Part shown: positions 42,612 through 51,026 of the stretch, piece after piece | How the letters are laid out: every line of letters starts with the position of its first letter | How positions within the stretch are numbered: position 1 is the stretch's first letter | Source of the DNA: Candidatus Micrarchaeota archaeon | GTDB taxonomy: Archaea; Micrarchaeota; Micrarchaeia; Anstonellales; Bilamarchaeaceae | Reading direction: 5' to 3' | Length of the DNA: 51,146 bases | Assembly (NCBI GenBank): GCA_030613375.1 | Contig: JAUWMC010000002.1 | Span: forward strand, 1 to 51,146 | Notes under the pieces: model-generated | Databases searched by the model: none | What the model was told of the DNA's origin: nothing | Seen by the model: only the letters and a program-made list of their open reading frames with translations | Position numbers and translations under genes: made by a program

Positions 42612-44198
42612 CTATGCATTGAGCCTTCCAATTATTTCTGCTGCATTATCTGCAAGCGCTTCATTGAATGCTGCCCTTATTGCCACGAATTCCGGATTTA
42701 CGAGAATTTCTGCTGCTGCTTCCCGCATCTCTGCATTTCCCGGGTTTGCGAGATACTCGTTTATTACTACCCTTGCTTCTTCAGTCCTTTCCATGAACTC
42801 TTCTCTCCCGTCCATAGGAATTGCATCCATGATCTGGTTTAGGGCATTGTTGAAACTTCCTCCTGAAGCTCTCAGAATATCCGGCATTACACTTTGACCG
42901 AATTCCGTGAGTTTTCCATCCTTCATTATTCCATTCATTTCCAGAACTTCCTGAGGGTTTTCGTGGAATGAAGGCTCCAAGCCTACTACTGCATTCTGCT
43001 TTAGTGTATCCACCCTTCCCTGCTGTACTGAGACAGTCTCCATGGTCTTTTTTGTAAATTCCAATACCTGCTTTATTGTCTTGTCCTGCTCAACGCCCAT
43101 TTTCTCGAGCCTTTCCTTTAATTCGTCGTCCTTGAGATCCCCTACGGTGGTTTCCTCGCTTTCTTTCTCTGCCTGCGCCATAAGATCTTCTATTAGTTTC
43201 TGGGCTTCTTCTGCCTGTTTCTGCTCCTCATTAGCAAGGCTCTGGAGATCTTGCATCATTTGTGCCTGGGCGGCAGCGTCTGCACCCATCTCCTCTTCAC
43301 CTGCCTCCAGATCCAACAGTGACGGAGGGTTAATAGCGAATCCCAATCCTGCATTCCCAAGAACTCCCGCGTACTCTGCGTAGCTTGCAGCTCTGCTTGC
43401 TTCTGCATATGCTCCTGCATCGTACAATTCTGAACGCTTGTCGGCAATATCAATGAAAATTTCTAACTTTTCAACAACTTCCTGGGGGACTTCGTAGCCA
43501 TCCTTGCGTGCCTGGATTAAAAACTCCTTTACGTCTTCTTTTCTGGCCTCTCTTTGCCTTTTCTCTATCTCATCTATGCTCAGGCCTGCTGCTAATCCTT
43601 CGTCCATAATTCTAGCTGCAGTGTCTGCCCTCTTGTCCATGAATGCATCGATTCTTTCCTTTGGAATGTCTGTTTTTTGTATTTCCAAGTATGCAGTATT
43701 ATTTTCTGCTATGGTGCCTGAACGCATTATGAGCTGCATTGCAATTTTCTTGTTTTTAGGTTCGGCCTGCTGTTTCTTAACCAAGGAAACAACTTTCTTT
43801 ATCTCTCCCTGCCATATCGGAGTTAGCTTGATTCCCTTTGTTCTCTTAAGGAGATCCATTACTGAAGCCAGACTCATGCTAGCTTGCCTTGCTGCTTCCC
43901 CAGTTTGGGTTCTTGTAATTTTAAGAAGGTTCACGAACTGAGGGACTAATTCCGTATTTCCTATTTCGGGATTCAGTTCATTTAGGTCCCTTGTTAGGTT
44001 TGTTTCTGCCTGCTCTAGTGGGGGGGCCATATAGTTCTCTTGGGCATACTGTCTCCTCGCCTGTTCATTCTGTTGTTCTGAACCCATCTGTGCGAGATTA
44101 TTTACTACGGCTGCTTCTGCAGTTTTTTGTGCTCCTTGAACCTGATCTGCTTTCCTTTTTTCGATGTCTTTGTGAGTTCCACCAACCATATATATCAC
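42612..44198 (-). CDS. acidic, helical hypothetical protein
   Basis: 528-aa ORF rich in E/Q/A. No motif was recognised. Confidence 0.6.
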   Translation of the reverse strand: MIYMVGGTHKDIEKRKADQVQGAQKTAEAAVVNNLAQMGSEQQNEQARRQYAQENYMAPPLEQAETNLTRDLNELNPEIGNTELVPQFVNLLKITRTQTGEAARQASMSLASVMDLLKRTKGIKLTPIWQGEIKKVVSLVKKQQAEPKNKKIAMQLIMRSGTIAENNTAYLEIQKTDIPKERIDAFMDKRADTAARIMDEGLAAGLSIDEIEKRQREARKEDVKEFLIQARKDGYEVPQEVVEKLEIFIDIADKRSELYDAGAYAEASRAASYAEYAGVLGNAGLGFAINPPSLLDLEAGEEEMGADAAAQAQMMQDLQSLANEEQKQAEEAQKLIEDLMAQAEKESEETTVGDLKDDELKERLEKMGVEQDKTIKQVLEFTKKTMETVSVQQGRVDTLKQNAVVGLEPSFHENPQEVLEMNGIMKDGKLTEFGQSVMPDILRASGGSFNNALNQIMDAIPMDGREEFMERTEEARVVINEYLANPGNAEMREAAAEILVNPEFVAIRAAFNEALADNAAEIIGRLNA

Positions 44199-44246
44199 TA
44201 GGTGGGTATTCTCGGAATAAATTTAAAAATAAGATAGAAAAGGAGT

Positions 44247-45083
44247 TCAGCGCATGGCAACTGTCTTTGTATCCAAAGCGGTATCCGGCCCTTCATACAT
44301 ATACCAATATGGGCCCGAATCCCCATTATTACGTAATGTAGCTTGACACACAACATCTCCTTTTTGTAGTCTCTCGGGAGCGTTGATCACGAAGAGGCCT
44401 CCTTCATCAAAGCCAAAACCAGTCTTAATGGCCCCATCTCTCATCTTTCCCTCCCATAGAGGAACCCCCCTAGTTTCATGTCTTCCTTCACGTTTGTTGA
44501 AGTACTGAAAATAAACCGTGCCACTATCTGCGAAAACAAGCAATTTGCCCTTAATCATTGGGTTGGAAGCAGGCACATCAACCACCAATACATTTACTTC
44601 TGGTAGTGGTGCTACCAAAGCAACTCCGAATGTTTCAGTAGAACCATCTACCTTAACTTCAAAATCGACTCCGGATCCAGACTTGTCAACAGAAACCAAA
44701 TATGCACCCACCTTTTTCTGTTCACCCAGTCTAAAGTTCATCAACTTCCCCTCAGCATTCTTAAAGTAAGGTTCGAGCTCTTTGGGGTCAGAAAACGTTT
44801 CGTATGTTATATCTGATTTGGATTTTTCAGCAGGAGTCTCATTTGGATTTGCAATTGCAGGAAGCGGAGCACATGCTGCCATAACTGCTGCAGCACCAAG
44901 AGCAAGCATCCTCCTTCTGCCCATCGGTGCAGCAAGAAGTCCTTTCTCACCAGCGAGTTTCTCTTGTCTAGTAGTAAAAATGCGATTTAGAGTTTCCATT
45001 AACCTGGTGCGCAGCCTAAGCTTAGGCTTGTTGAACTTCGCACCGCCTACCTGGACTTTCTGGTCCTGTTTGACATTGGCCAT
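44247..45083 (-). CDS. putative Tat-exported lipoprotein, beta-rich, function unknown
   Basis: A twin-arginine motif GRRRMLALGAAAV is followed by the lipobox VMAAC. ATG 45083 lies about 30-35 nt after TATA-like TTTATATA; GTG 45092 is an alternative start. Confidence 0.6.
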   Translation of the reverse strand: MANVKQDQKVQVGGAKFNKPKLRLRTRLMETLNRIFTTRQEKLAGEKGLLAAPMGRRRMLALGAAAVMAACAPLPAIANPNETPAEKSKSDITYETFSDPKELEPYFKNAEGKLMNFRLGEQKKVGAYLVSVDKSGSGVDFEVKVDGSTETFGVALVAPLPEVNVLVVDVPASNPMIKGKLLVFADSGTVYFQYFNKREGRHETRGVPLWEGKMRDGAIKTGFGFDEGGLFVINAPERLQKGDVVCQATLRNNGDSGPYWYMYEGPDTALDTKTVAMR

Positions 45084-45224
45084 GGGTCTCACCCGTATTA
45101 TTTAGGAACGCGCGCGCTATATAAAGCTTTCTATTTTTACACGCGTTCGGTGAGATTCTGGCACATCTTTACGTCTGAGGGCAATTTTGGGACAGACGGG
45201 CAAAATAATCTGCTGAAAAACTGG

Positions 45225-45398
45225 TCATAATTGGCTTGGGTTCACTTCAACAGGAAATTCCTCAAGATAAAGCTCTGTTGCCTCCTTAGGGTTTGCAAGG
45301 GCCTCCTCGATTGTTTTTCCCTGGCTTGCCATACATATCTCTGGGCACTCGGCAACATACCTGTCCTCCTCCTTGTGAACCACTGCGCTGAATAACAT
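45225..45398 (-). CDS. HicB-like (UPF0150) antitoxin-family small protein, 57 aa
   Basis: The ORF was translated by hand and is below the ORF-track size cutoff. Product: MLFSAVVHKEEDRYVAECPEICMASQGKTIEEALANPKEATELYLEEFPVEVNPSQL. It matches the pattern a-x-i-x-keed-gY-vA-x-cPe-l-x-x-x-sQG-x-T-x-EEAL-x-N-x-kEA-x-x-lyLE. Confidence 0.7.
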   Translation of the reverse strand: MLFSAVVHKEEDRYVAECPEICMASQGKTIEEALANPKEATELYLEEFPVEVNPSQL

Positions 45399-45553
45399 AA
45401 CCTTACCCTGGATTTATTGCTCAACCCAGGTATAAATAACTTGCTAAACCGCATTTCCGCTGGTTTTGCGAGTGGAATTTGGTAACAGAAGCGGAAGAAC
45501 ACATAGCTCAAAAACCAGAAATATTTTTAAAGTTAGGCAACAAAGAGAAAAAT

Positions 45554-46576
45554 ATGAAAATCTCGATTTTTGTCTTGGTCTTGGTAGTTATGTCATCTTT
45601 CGTTTATTCTGCCATCATGCCCTTGAACACAGATATTTCCTCCGGTTGCTTGGAGTATGTTGAATTGGGTGGAAACCACATCATTGGAGAACCGGACATT
45701 TCTGAAGGATCAACCAAGATATACTCATACCGTTTTGAGTTTTATGTTCCAGAAGTAGATGCACATTTCGAAGATTTACGGTTAGAAGTCCGTAGAGATG
45801 GCGGATTTGAGACCTATGAATATTGTGCTGGACCAGTAGCAGCTATAGCAAAGGTCAATGACCTGAGGGCAGGGATAAGCGAAGGGGACAGAGGACAAAC
45901 ATATGTTTCCAGCGGATACGAATTCACCATCACATATGTTCACATCTACCCTGAAGAACAGTTGGTTGTTGGCGAAAATTCGGTTTACTTGGAGAATATG
46001 CCTGAAGTTGAAACGAAGTGCACCACCGGCAGTTGCAAAGACATGCCATATGAAAAAACAGGAATTTGTGCGTTTAATGTTTGCGGTTTTTATCCTGAGT
46101 TAAAAATTGAATCGGATGAACCTCCAGAATCTATTTATTCCAATGAAACATTCACTCTGGACATACAAATTTTGAACGGGGATGAAGTTGATGCTGGAGT
46201 TGTTACAATTGAGATAATTGACACGGATTTTGATGTAGAACCCAGAAAAACAACCCAACTCATCCAAAATAAAGGAGATGTTCCATTCAACAAGTTTGAA
46301 TACAAAGCCACATTTACTCCTGAGGGATATGTAGAACTTGAAACCGGGTTGGAATCTGTGCCAAAAAGAGCAGGTACGATTGCAGTAACTTTCACTGATT
46401 CCAATGATAACGAAAGGCAGTTCACAAAAGAGCTTGGGGCTATCACGATAATGGACCTGTCACCAGAGGAAGAAATGGATCGACCGAAAGCAGAAGAGCC
46501 AGAAGCCGCTGTGGAAAAAGGCTGCCTAGCAGCATTCATACTACTTCTCCCCCTAAGCTGTTACAAAAGAAGTTGA
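45554..46576 (+). CDS. secreted or surface protein with N-terminal signal and C-terminal hydrophobic anchor
   Basis: The signal is MKISIFVLVLVVMSSFVYSA and the C-terminus is GCLAAFILLLPLSCYKRS. ATG 45554 lies about 30 nt after TATA-like ATATTTTTAAAG. The track start of 45479 is rejected. Confidence 0.65.
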   Translation: MKISIFVLVLVVMSSFVYSAIMPLNTDISSGCLEYVELGGNHIIGEPDISEGSTKIYSYRFEFYVPEVDAHFEDLRLEVRRDGGFETYEYCAGPVAAIAKVNDLRAGISEGDRGQTYVSSGYEFTITYVHIYPEEQLVVGENSVYLENMPEVETKCTTGSCKDMPYEKTGICAFNVCGFYPELKIESDEPPESIYSNETFTLDIQILNGDEVDAGVVTIEIIDTDFDVEPRKTTQLIQNKGDVPFNKFEYKATFTPEGYVELETGLESVPKRAGTIAVTFTDSNDNERQFTKELGAITIMDLSPEEEMDRPKAEEPEAAVEKGCLAAFILLLPLSCYKRS

Positions 46577-46632
46577 ACATCAGATTTATAAAGTTATATA
46601 TCCATTAGATAGTTACATATGGATGTGAGATT

Positions 46633-46866
46633 ATGGGAAATGTTTACATCTCGCTGGATGATGAGGATGAGGCAAAGCTGAGGAAGCTTGCCCAGGAAAA
46701 GTATGGGGGTAAGAAGGGTTCGCTTAGCGAAGCCGTTTCCGAAGCAATTGAAAATATGGAAAAACAAAGCAAAGATGAACTAAAAGACGAATTTTTCAGG
46801 AAGCTGGAGGAAGGAATAAGCTTCAAATACAAGATGTACCAAAGGCGGGCTGAGATTTATGACTAA
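46633..46866 (+). CDS. vapB: ribbon-helix-helix (CopG/VapB-like) antitoxin
   Basis: 77 aa. The N-terminal beta-strand plus helices read GNVYISLDDEDEAKLRKLAQEKYGGKKGSLSEAVSEAIENM. It overlaps the downstream PIN gene by 8 nt. Confidence 0.7.
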   Translation: MGNVYISLDDEDEAKLRKLAQEKYGGKKGSLSEAVSEAIENMEKQSKDELKDEFFRKLEEGISFKYKMYQRRAEIYD

Positions 46867-47275
46867 AGTGCTCGTAGATACAAATATGCTGATTTACTCT
46901 GTGCAGAAGAGGGAGCAAAGACACAAAAAAGCAGTGGAAACAATAGAAAAATTGGTTAATGAAAAGAGAATGGTGATTAGCGCCCAGAACCTGGCGGAGT
47001 TTTCAAGGGTAGTAAGGGAGAAGGCGGAACCCGCTGTGGACCATGAAACAGTCAAGGAATACTTATTTGGCTTCATGAAATTTTCAACGGTTCTGGAATA
47101 TTCTGGAACTACAGTGATAGGTGCAGTATCCCTTTCCAAAACATACGGCATACATTTCTTTGATGCACTTCTTGCTGCAACAATGCAGGAAAACGGAGTC
47201 AAGGAAATTCTAACTGAAAATGAAAAGGATTTTGCTAAAGTAAAATGGATGAAAGCAACGAATCCGTTCAAGTAA
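46859..47275 (+). CDS. vapC: PIN-domain ribonuclease toxin VapC
   Basis: The motifs VLVDTNMLIY, FFDALLAATM and ILTENEKDF carry the conserved acidic residues of the PIN fold. Confidence 0.85.
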   Translation: MTKVLVDTNMLIYSVQKREQRHKKAVETIEKLVNEKRMVISAQNLAEFSRVVREKAEPAVDHETVKEYLFGFMKFSTVLEYSGTTVIGAVSLSKTYGIHFFDALLAATMQENGVKEILTENEKDFAKVKWMKATNPFK

Positions 47276-47369
47276 TGGAGAAGTGGCGTAAAACAAGAAA
47301 GTAGCTTAACGCGGGTCATGTTTTTACAGAAATTTTTACCGCAGTGTAAAACAGCAGAAAAAAATTTCA

Positions 47370-47441
47370 TGGACTTGGGGGGAGTCGCACCCCCGGCCTC
47401 TCCCATGCCAAGGGAGCGCTCTACTACTGAGCTACAAGCCC
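47370..47441 (-). tRNA. tRNA-Ala (anticodon GGC) with atypical D- and T-loops
   Basis: A 72-nt cloverleaf was folded by hand: acceptor GGGCTTG/CAAGTCC including the G3:U70 alanine identity pair, D-arm GCTC-AGTAGTA-GAGC, anticodon loop TTGGCAT, T-arm GGGGG-TGCGACT-CCCCC, discriminator A. A T7 run lies downstream and TATA-like TTTATC about 30 nt upstream. Confidence 0.75.
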
Positions 47442-47494
47442 GGACAATTTGAAGGGCACGCAAAGCGATAAATGCGCTTCAATTTGGCCCCGAG

Positions 47495-47530
47495 GTAAAA
47501 TATGAAGCTTCCTAGAAGAAATCTAGGAAG
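47495..47530 (-). terminator. hairpin plus T-run at the end of the Sm-like gene
   Basis: A perfect 9-bp stem CTTCCTAGA/TCTAGGAAG (47508-47516 / 47522-47530) embeds the TAG stop codon. It is followed in minus sense by CATATTTTACC. Confidence 0.4.
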
Positions 47531-47747
47531 GTGAGATATAAACAACGCTGTCTCCACGAAGGAGGCAGGTTCCGATTCCCTTCTTCACTTCATCATTTTC
47601 GAGAAGCTCAGTCTTTTCGAGCACGAGGTTCATGTGGACATCATATGCAGCGAGAATGCCGCGGAATGTCACTCCTCCCTTCAAACCGATAACAACGGTG
47701 TTGTTCAACGCATTATTCAAAACATCAAAAGGTCTTTTTTCTGTCAT
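47523..47747 (-). CDS. Sm-like archaeal protein (SmAP/LSm)
   Basis: 74 aa. Sm1/Sm2 motifs are VVIGLKGGVTFRGILAAYDVHMNLVL and LLRGDSVVYISP. Confidence 0.9.
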   Translation of the reverse strand: MTEKRPFDVLNNALNNTVVIGLKGGVTFRGILAAYDVHMNLVLEKTELLENDEVKKGIGTCLLRGDSVVYISPS

Positions 47748-47831
47748 TCAGATACACCTGTAAGCGAACTTAAGTTCTATCGAAGTATTTTTAAACCGAT
47801 TTATGGGAGGCGGAAAACCAAAATATGAGGA

Positions 47832-48896
47832 TTATATGTACACATTATTCTGCAGGCTTGAATGCCTGCGCAAAGCAGAAGAGTTCTCCTCCCGGAAATA
47901 ATCCGAATAGCTTTCCTTGAGGAAGCCAACTACTTTCGGGAGCTGAAGAATCGACATGAACTCACCCCTGGTATTCTCAGGGAAGTGCCTTCCTTCAAAA
48001 CTATCTATCCAGAATTCCCTTGCCGCCCAGAGCATGGAGCCGAGTTTCGGGAGCTGATGTACCTTTGCAGCATAAACTTCGCGGCAAAGATCCTCCAATG
48101 CAGCAGACGCAACTTCAAGAGAGTCAGTCTCCAAAGTCATAAATAATGGAAGTGCAGCAATATCCTTTTTCCTGAAAAATAGCTTTCTTCCCAGTGCTTC
48201 AACCGGAATTTTAAGGCCGGTCTTGGAAAGGGAAAGATATTCTTCCCCTTCCCTATTTCTGCTCATGCGCTCTTCAAAGATGGAATTCAGAAAATCCATA
48301 ATCCGCTTGTTCACGCGAGGAAGAAGTTCGTCCTCCAGGCAAACAAAGTCATTCAGGCCTTCATTAACAGGTTCCATGTATGCTGAAACGGTTCCCTGGG
48401 CAGGGGCATCTGCAGGTTCCGGCTTGGGTTTGGGTTTTGGGGATTTTGGTTTGGGTTTAGAAGCCTTTTTCTTGGGTGCAGAAATCTGGGTTGGTTTCTT
48501 GGGCAAAGCCACATCTGCCTTCATATTGGAAGCTCCATGTAAACGCATTATGCGCCCCAATACGCCCAGGCCCTGGCCAGTAAGCTGGCGCCCGCTTGGG
48601 AAAAACCCGTAAGCATCGACATAGGTTTGCATAAGAAACCCAGCAACTTCTTTATCCCGGAAAAGAGGGTTGTGGATATCCCCTTCAAGAGGGCAGCCCA
48701 CCTGCTCTAAGGCGCTGAGCACTTTCATGTGGGCAGAAGGGTCAAGAAAACGTAGCGAAGAATCGGCACCCACTAAAGGTGAGTGCATTGGATATTTAGA
48801 ATCCTGGGCAGTGCGCAGGCTAACCTTGGGGGAACGCACTGGCGTTGCAACTACGCGAGAATTGTTCTTTGCACTAATAGCTGCCATAATGGTCAC
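47832..48896 (-). CDS. hypothetical two-domain protein joined by a (Lys-Pro)n linker
   Basis: 354-aa ORF with the linker KKPTQISAPKKKASKPKPKSPKPKPKPEP. The N-terminal segment FRDKEVAGFLMQTYVDAYGFFPSGRQLTGQGLGVLGRIMRLHG resembles the modules of the 11840..12946 product. Confidence 0.6.
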   Translation of the reverse strand: MTIMAAISAKNNSRVVATPVRSPKVSLRTAQDSKYPMHSPLVGADSSLRFLDPSAHMKVLSALEQVGCPLEGDIHNPLFRDKEVAGFLMQTYVDAYGFFPSGRQLTGQGLGVLGRIMRLHGASNMKADVALPKKPTQISAPKKKASKPKPKSPKPKPKPEPADAPAQGTVSAYMEPVNEGLNDFVCLEDELLPRVNKRIMDFLNSIFEERMSRNREGEEYLSLSKTGLKIPVEALGRKLFFRKKDIAALPLFMTLETDSLEVASAALEDLCREVYAAKVHQLPKLGSMLWAAREFWIDSFEGRHFPENTRGEFMSILQLPKVVGFLKESYSDYFREENSSALRRHSSLQNNVYI

Positions 48897-48960
48897 TCAA
48901 AAGTATAGATTATGTTAGGGAAGATAGTTTTTTAAGGGCGTATCCCTCCAGCCTTTTAAC

Positions 48961-49578
48961 TCACTTGGGGTTGTGCTTGATAATCACAATTTTCATTCCC
49001 TTCTGCAGAACAAAATCAGGCGCTGCGGGCTGGAACTGCTCCCCATCATAGATTGCAGCAATAGCCGCTTTCTCTTTTTCAGAAGCATCCGCAACAGTTT
49101 TGCCATCCAGAGAACCGCCAACTGCCTTCTCAACCATCTCAACTTGTGAAAAACGCGGGTCCAAAAGTAAAGTAATTACAGGATGCATAACCATGCTCGC
49201 AAGCTCGCGTGCAAGGGTCCATTCAGGAAGAAGGGGCTCCACACCAAGGCGTTTCATCAAGTTAGAATACTTGGGCTCGGATGCTCGGCAGATTACTCTT
49301 TTCGCGTTTGCATGCTTTGCGTAAAGCGAAACAAGGAAATTTGCTTCTTCGTGACCGGTAACTGCAAAAACGAAATCTGCTTCACCTAGCTTAAGGTCAT
49401 CGAGAAGCGCAGGGTCAGTAGTATCGCCATGAATTACGTTAAAATCTGATTCGCTTGCAAGACGATCGCAAACTTCTTTACTCTGGTCAACTACAGTCAA
49501 CTCGTGTTTCTTTTCCAACAATTTTGCAAGGTTAGTTCCAACCCTTCCAGCGCCAAATATCAAAACCTTCATATTCAT
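48961..49578 (-). CDS. trkA: TrkA/KTN (RCK) potassium-transport regulatory subunit
   Basis: A Rossmann motif VLIFGAGRVGTNLAKLL is followed by a TrkA-C-like tail. The gene overlaps the trkH stop by 4 nt. Confidence 0.85.
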   Translation of the reverse strand: MNMKVLIFGAGRVGTNLAKLLEKKHELTVVDQSKEVCDRLASESDFNVIHGDTTDPALLDDLKLGEADFVFAVTGHEEANFLVSLYAKHANAKRVICRASEPKYSNLMKRLGVEPLLPEWTLARELASMVMHPVITLLLDPRFSQVEMVEKAVGGSLDGKTVADASEKEKAAIAAIYDGEQFQPAAPDFVLQKGMKIVIIKHNPK

Positions 49579-51026
49579 CTCCTCAGTATGTAACGGATAA
49601 GTGCGAGACTCGGGAAAATCTCTATACGACCTAAATACATCAAAGCAATTAAAAATATCTTCGTTCCCTGGGCCATTTCAGGAACCGGGATTATTGCAAG
49701 CCCTACATTGCCCATTGCAGAGGCAATCATGAACATGGAATCTTCAATTTCAAAATCTATTGCCATCAAAACCCCACATCCGAAAAGGAAGAGAAGCATG
49801 TATGCAAAAATGAATGTGGAACTCTCTACTATGAACTCCTCACTTATCGGATTTCCGTTGATTTTTACAATTTGTACAGAACCTACAGGAAGGAATGCGG
49901 ATTTTATATTGCGCATTATTGATTTGAGAACCACTAGGATTCTCCATAGTTTAATTCCACCTGTGGTTGAACCCATCATTCCTCCCATGAGCATGAGTAA
50001 GATGATTATGTAGGTAGGAAAGGCACTCATTATGGAGAGATCTCCGATTGCAAATCCTCCACATGCAATTGCAGAAACGGAATTAAGGAAAGTGTTGAAT
50101 ATTCCCTCGTGGCCAACTACGTAAATAAGGCCAACTGCCGTAACAGTAATGAGGACATAAAAGGCAAGTTCCTCATCAAAGAACGCTTCCTTGAATTTGC
50201 GGGCAAGCAGATTGCGGTAAAAGATGAAACTTGTTGCTCCCCCAAACATCAGGCTCGCAAGAATAATCTTCTGGGAATCATCAAAATCATATGAATCAAA
50301 TGGGAAGAATCCTCCATTGGAAACTCCTGCAAGAGTAAGGTTTACGGAATTGAGCGGATCGAATCCTACTGCATAAAGAAGCACGACGCCTACAAGGGTA
50401 AGGACAAGGTAAATCCCCCAAATATTTCCTGCGGTTTTGCTGATTCCCACATCAGTTGCAGTACGCCCTTCTGCCTTGAGGAAATGTTTTGCTTCTCTTC
50501 CCTTCATCACAGTAAGCATCAAAATGACGATTCCAAGGCCCCCTATCCACTGAGTTACGCTTCTATAGAGGATTATGCTTGGAGGAAGCCCATTCAGCGT
50601 AGGGAGCGCGGAGAGTCCGGTAGAGGTCCATCCGGAAATGGATTCAAAGTATGCGTCTACAGGCTCAAAAGTATAAGCAAGGTAAGGAATTGCGGAAATT
50701 GCGGGGATAATAAGCCATGCGGCGGATACGAGCGCAAGAATCTGCCCTAAAGTGAGTTCTGCAACCTCTTCCCTCATCTTGTCTAGATCCAGGAGATTTG
50801 CATAGTTAAATGGAGTATCGGGCTTGAAAATAGAAATAACGAAATTCTTTATGTTTTGGAATATGTGCTTGAGAATTTGGGGCACTGCGGGAAGGGCCAT
50901 CAAAAGTATCGTGAATGCGAGGGTTGCCCAAGCGCCATCTTCAAGGTAAATGCTGTAGCCTAGGGGTATAAGAAGCGGCAAAGATGCATAAAACATCAAA
51001 ACTGCAAGTCGCTTGAGGAACAGCAT
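49575..51026 (-). CDS. trkH: TrkH/KtrB-family potassium transporter membrane subunit
   Basis: 483-aa polytopic protein with repeated pore-loop-like segments (SGWTSTGLS, VSNGGF, ACGGFA, MGNVGLA). Confidence 0.85.
   Translation of the reverse strand: MLFLKRLAVLMFYASLPLLIPLGYSIYLEDGAWATLAFTILLMALPAVPQILKHIFQNIKNFVISIFKPDTPFNYANLLDLDKMREEVAELTLGQILALVSAAWLIIPAISAIPYLAYTFEPVDAYFESISGWTSTGLSALPTLNGLPPSIILYRSVTQWIGGLGIVILMLTVMKGREAKHFLKAEGRTATDVGISKTAGNIWGIYLVLTLVGVVLLYAVGFDPLNSVNLTLAGVSNGGFFPFDSYDFDDSQKIILASLMFGGATSFIFYRNLLARKFKEAFFDEELAFYVLITVTAVGLIYVVGHEGIFNTFLNSVSAIACGGFAIGDLSIMSAFPTYIIILLMLMGGMMGSTTGGIKLWRILVVLKSIMRNIKSAFLPVGSVQIVKINGNPISEEFIVESSTFIFAYMLLFLFGCGVLMAIDFEIEDSMFMIASAMGNVGLAIIPVPEMAQGTKIFLIALMYLGRIEIFPSLALIRYILRR

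Noticed and set aside
45093-45224. Calling a hicA pseudogene as a feature
   Set aside because: The similarity to HicA is limited to LPV...ESH in a short frame with wrong spacing. It is mentioned in a finding but is not strong enough to annotate.
45242-45511. 89-aa minus-strand ORF in the 45.1-45.5 kb intergenic region
   Set aside because: Its sequence is arginine-rich and junk-like. A different frame of the same strand encodes a clean 57-aa HicB-like protein (45225..45398).
46894-47463. 189-aa minus-strand ORF
   Set aside because: It lies antisense to vapC and runs straight through the tRNA-Ala gene. It is spurious.
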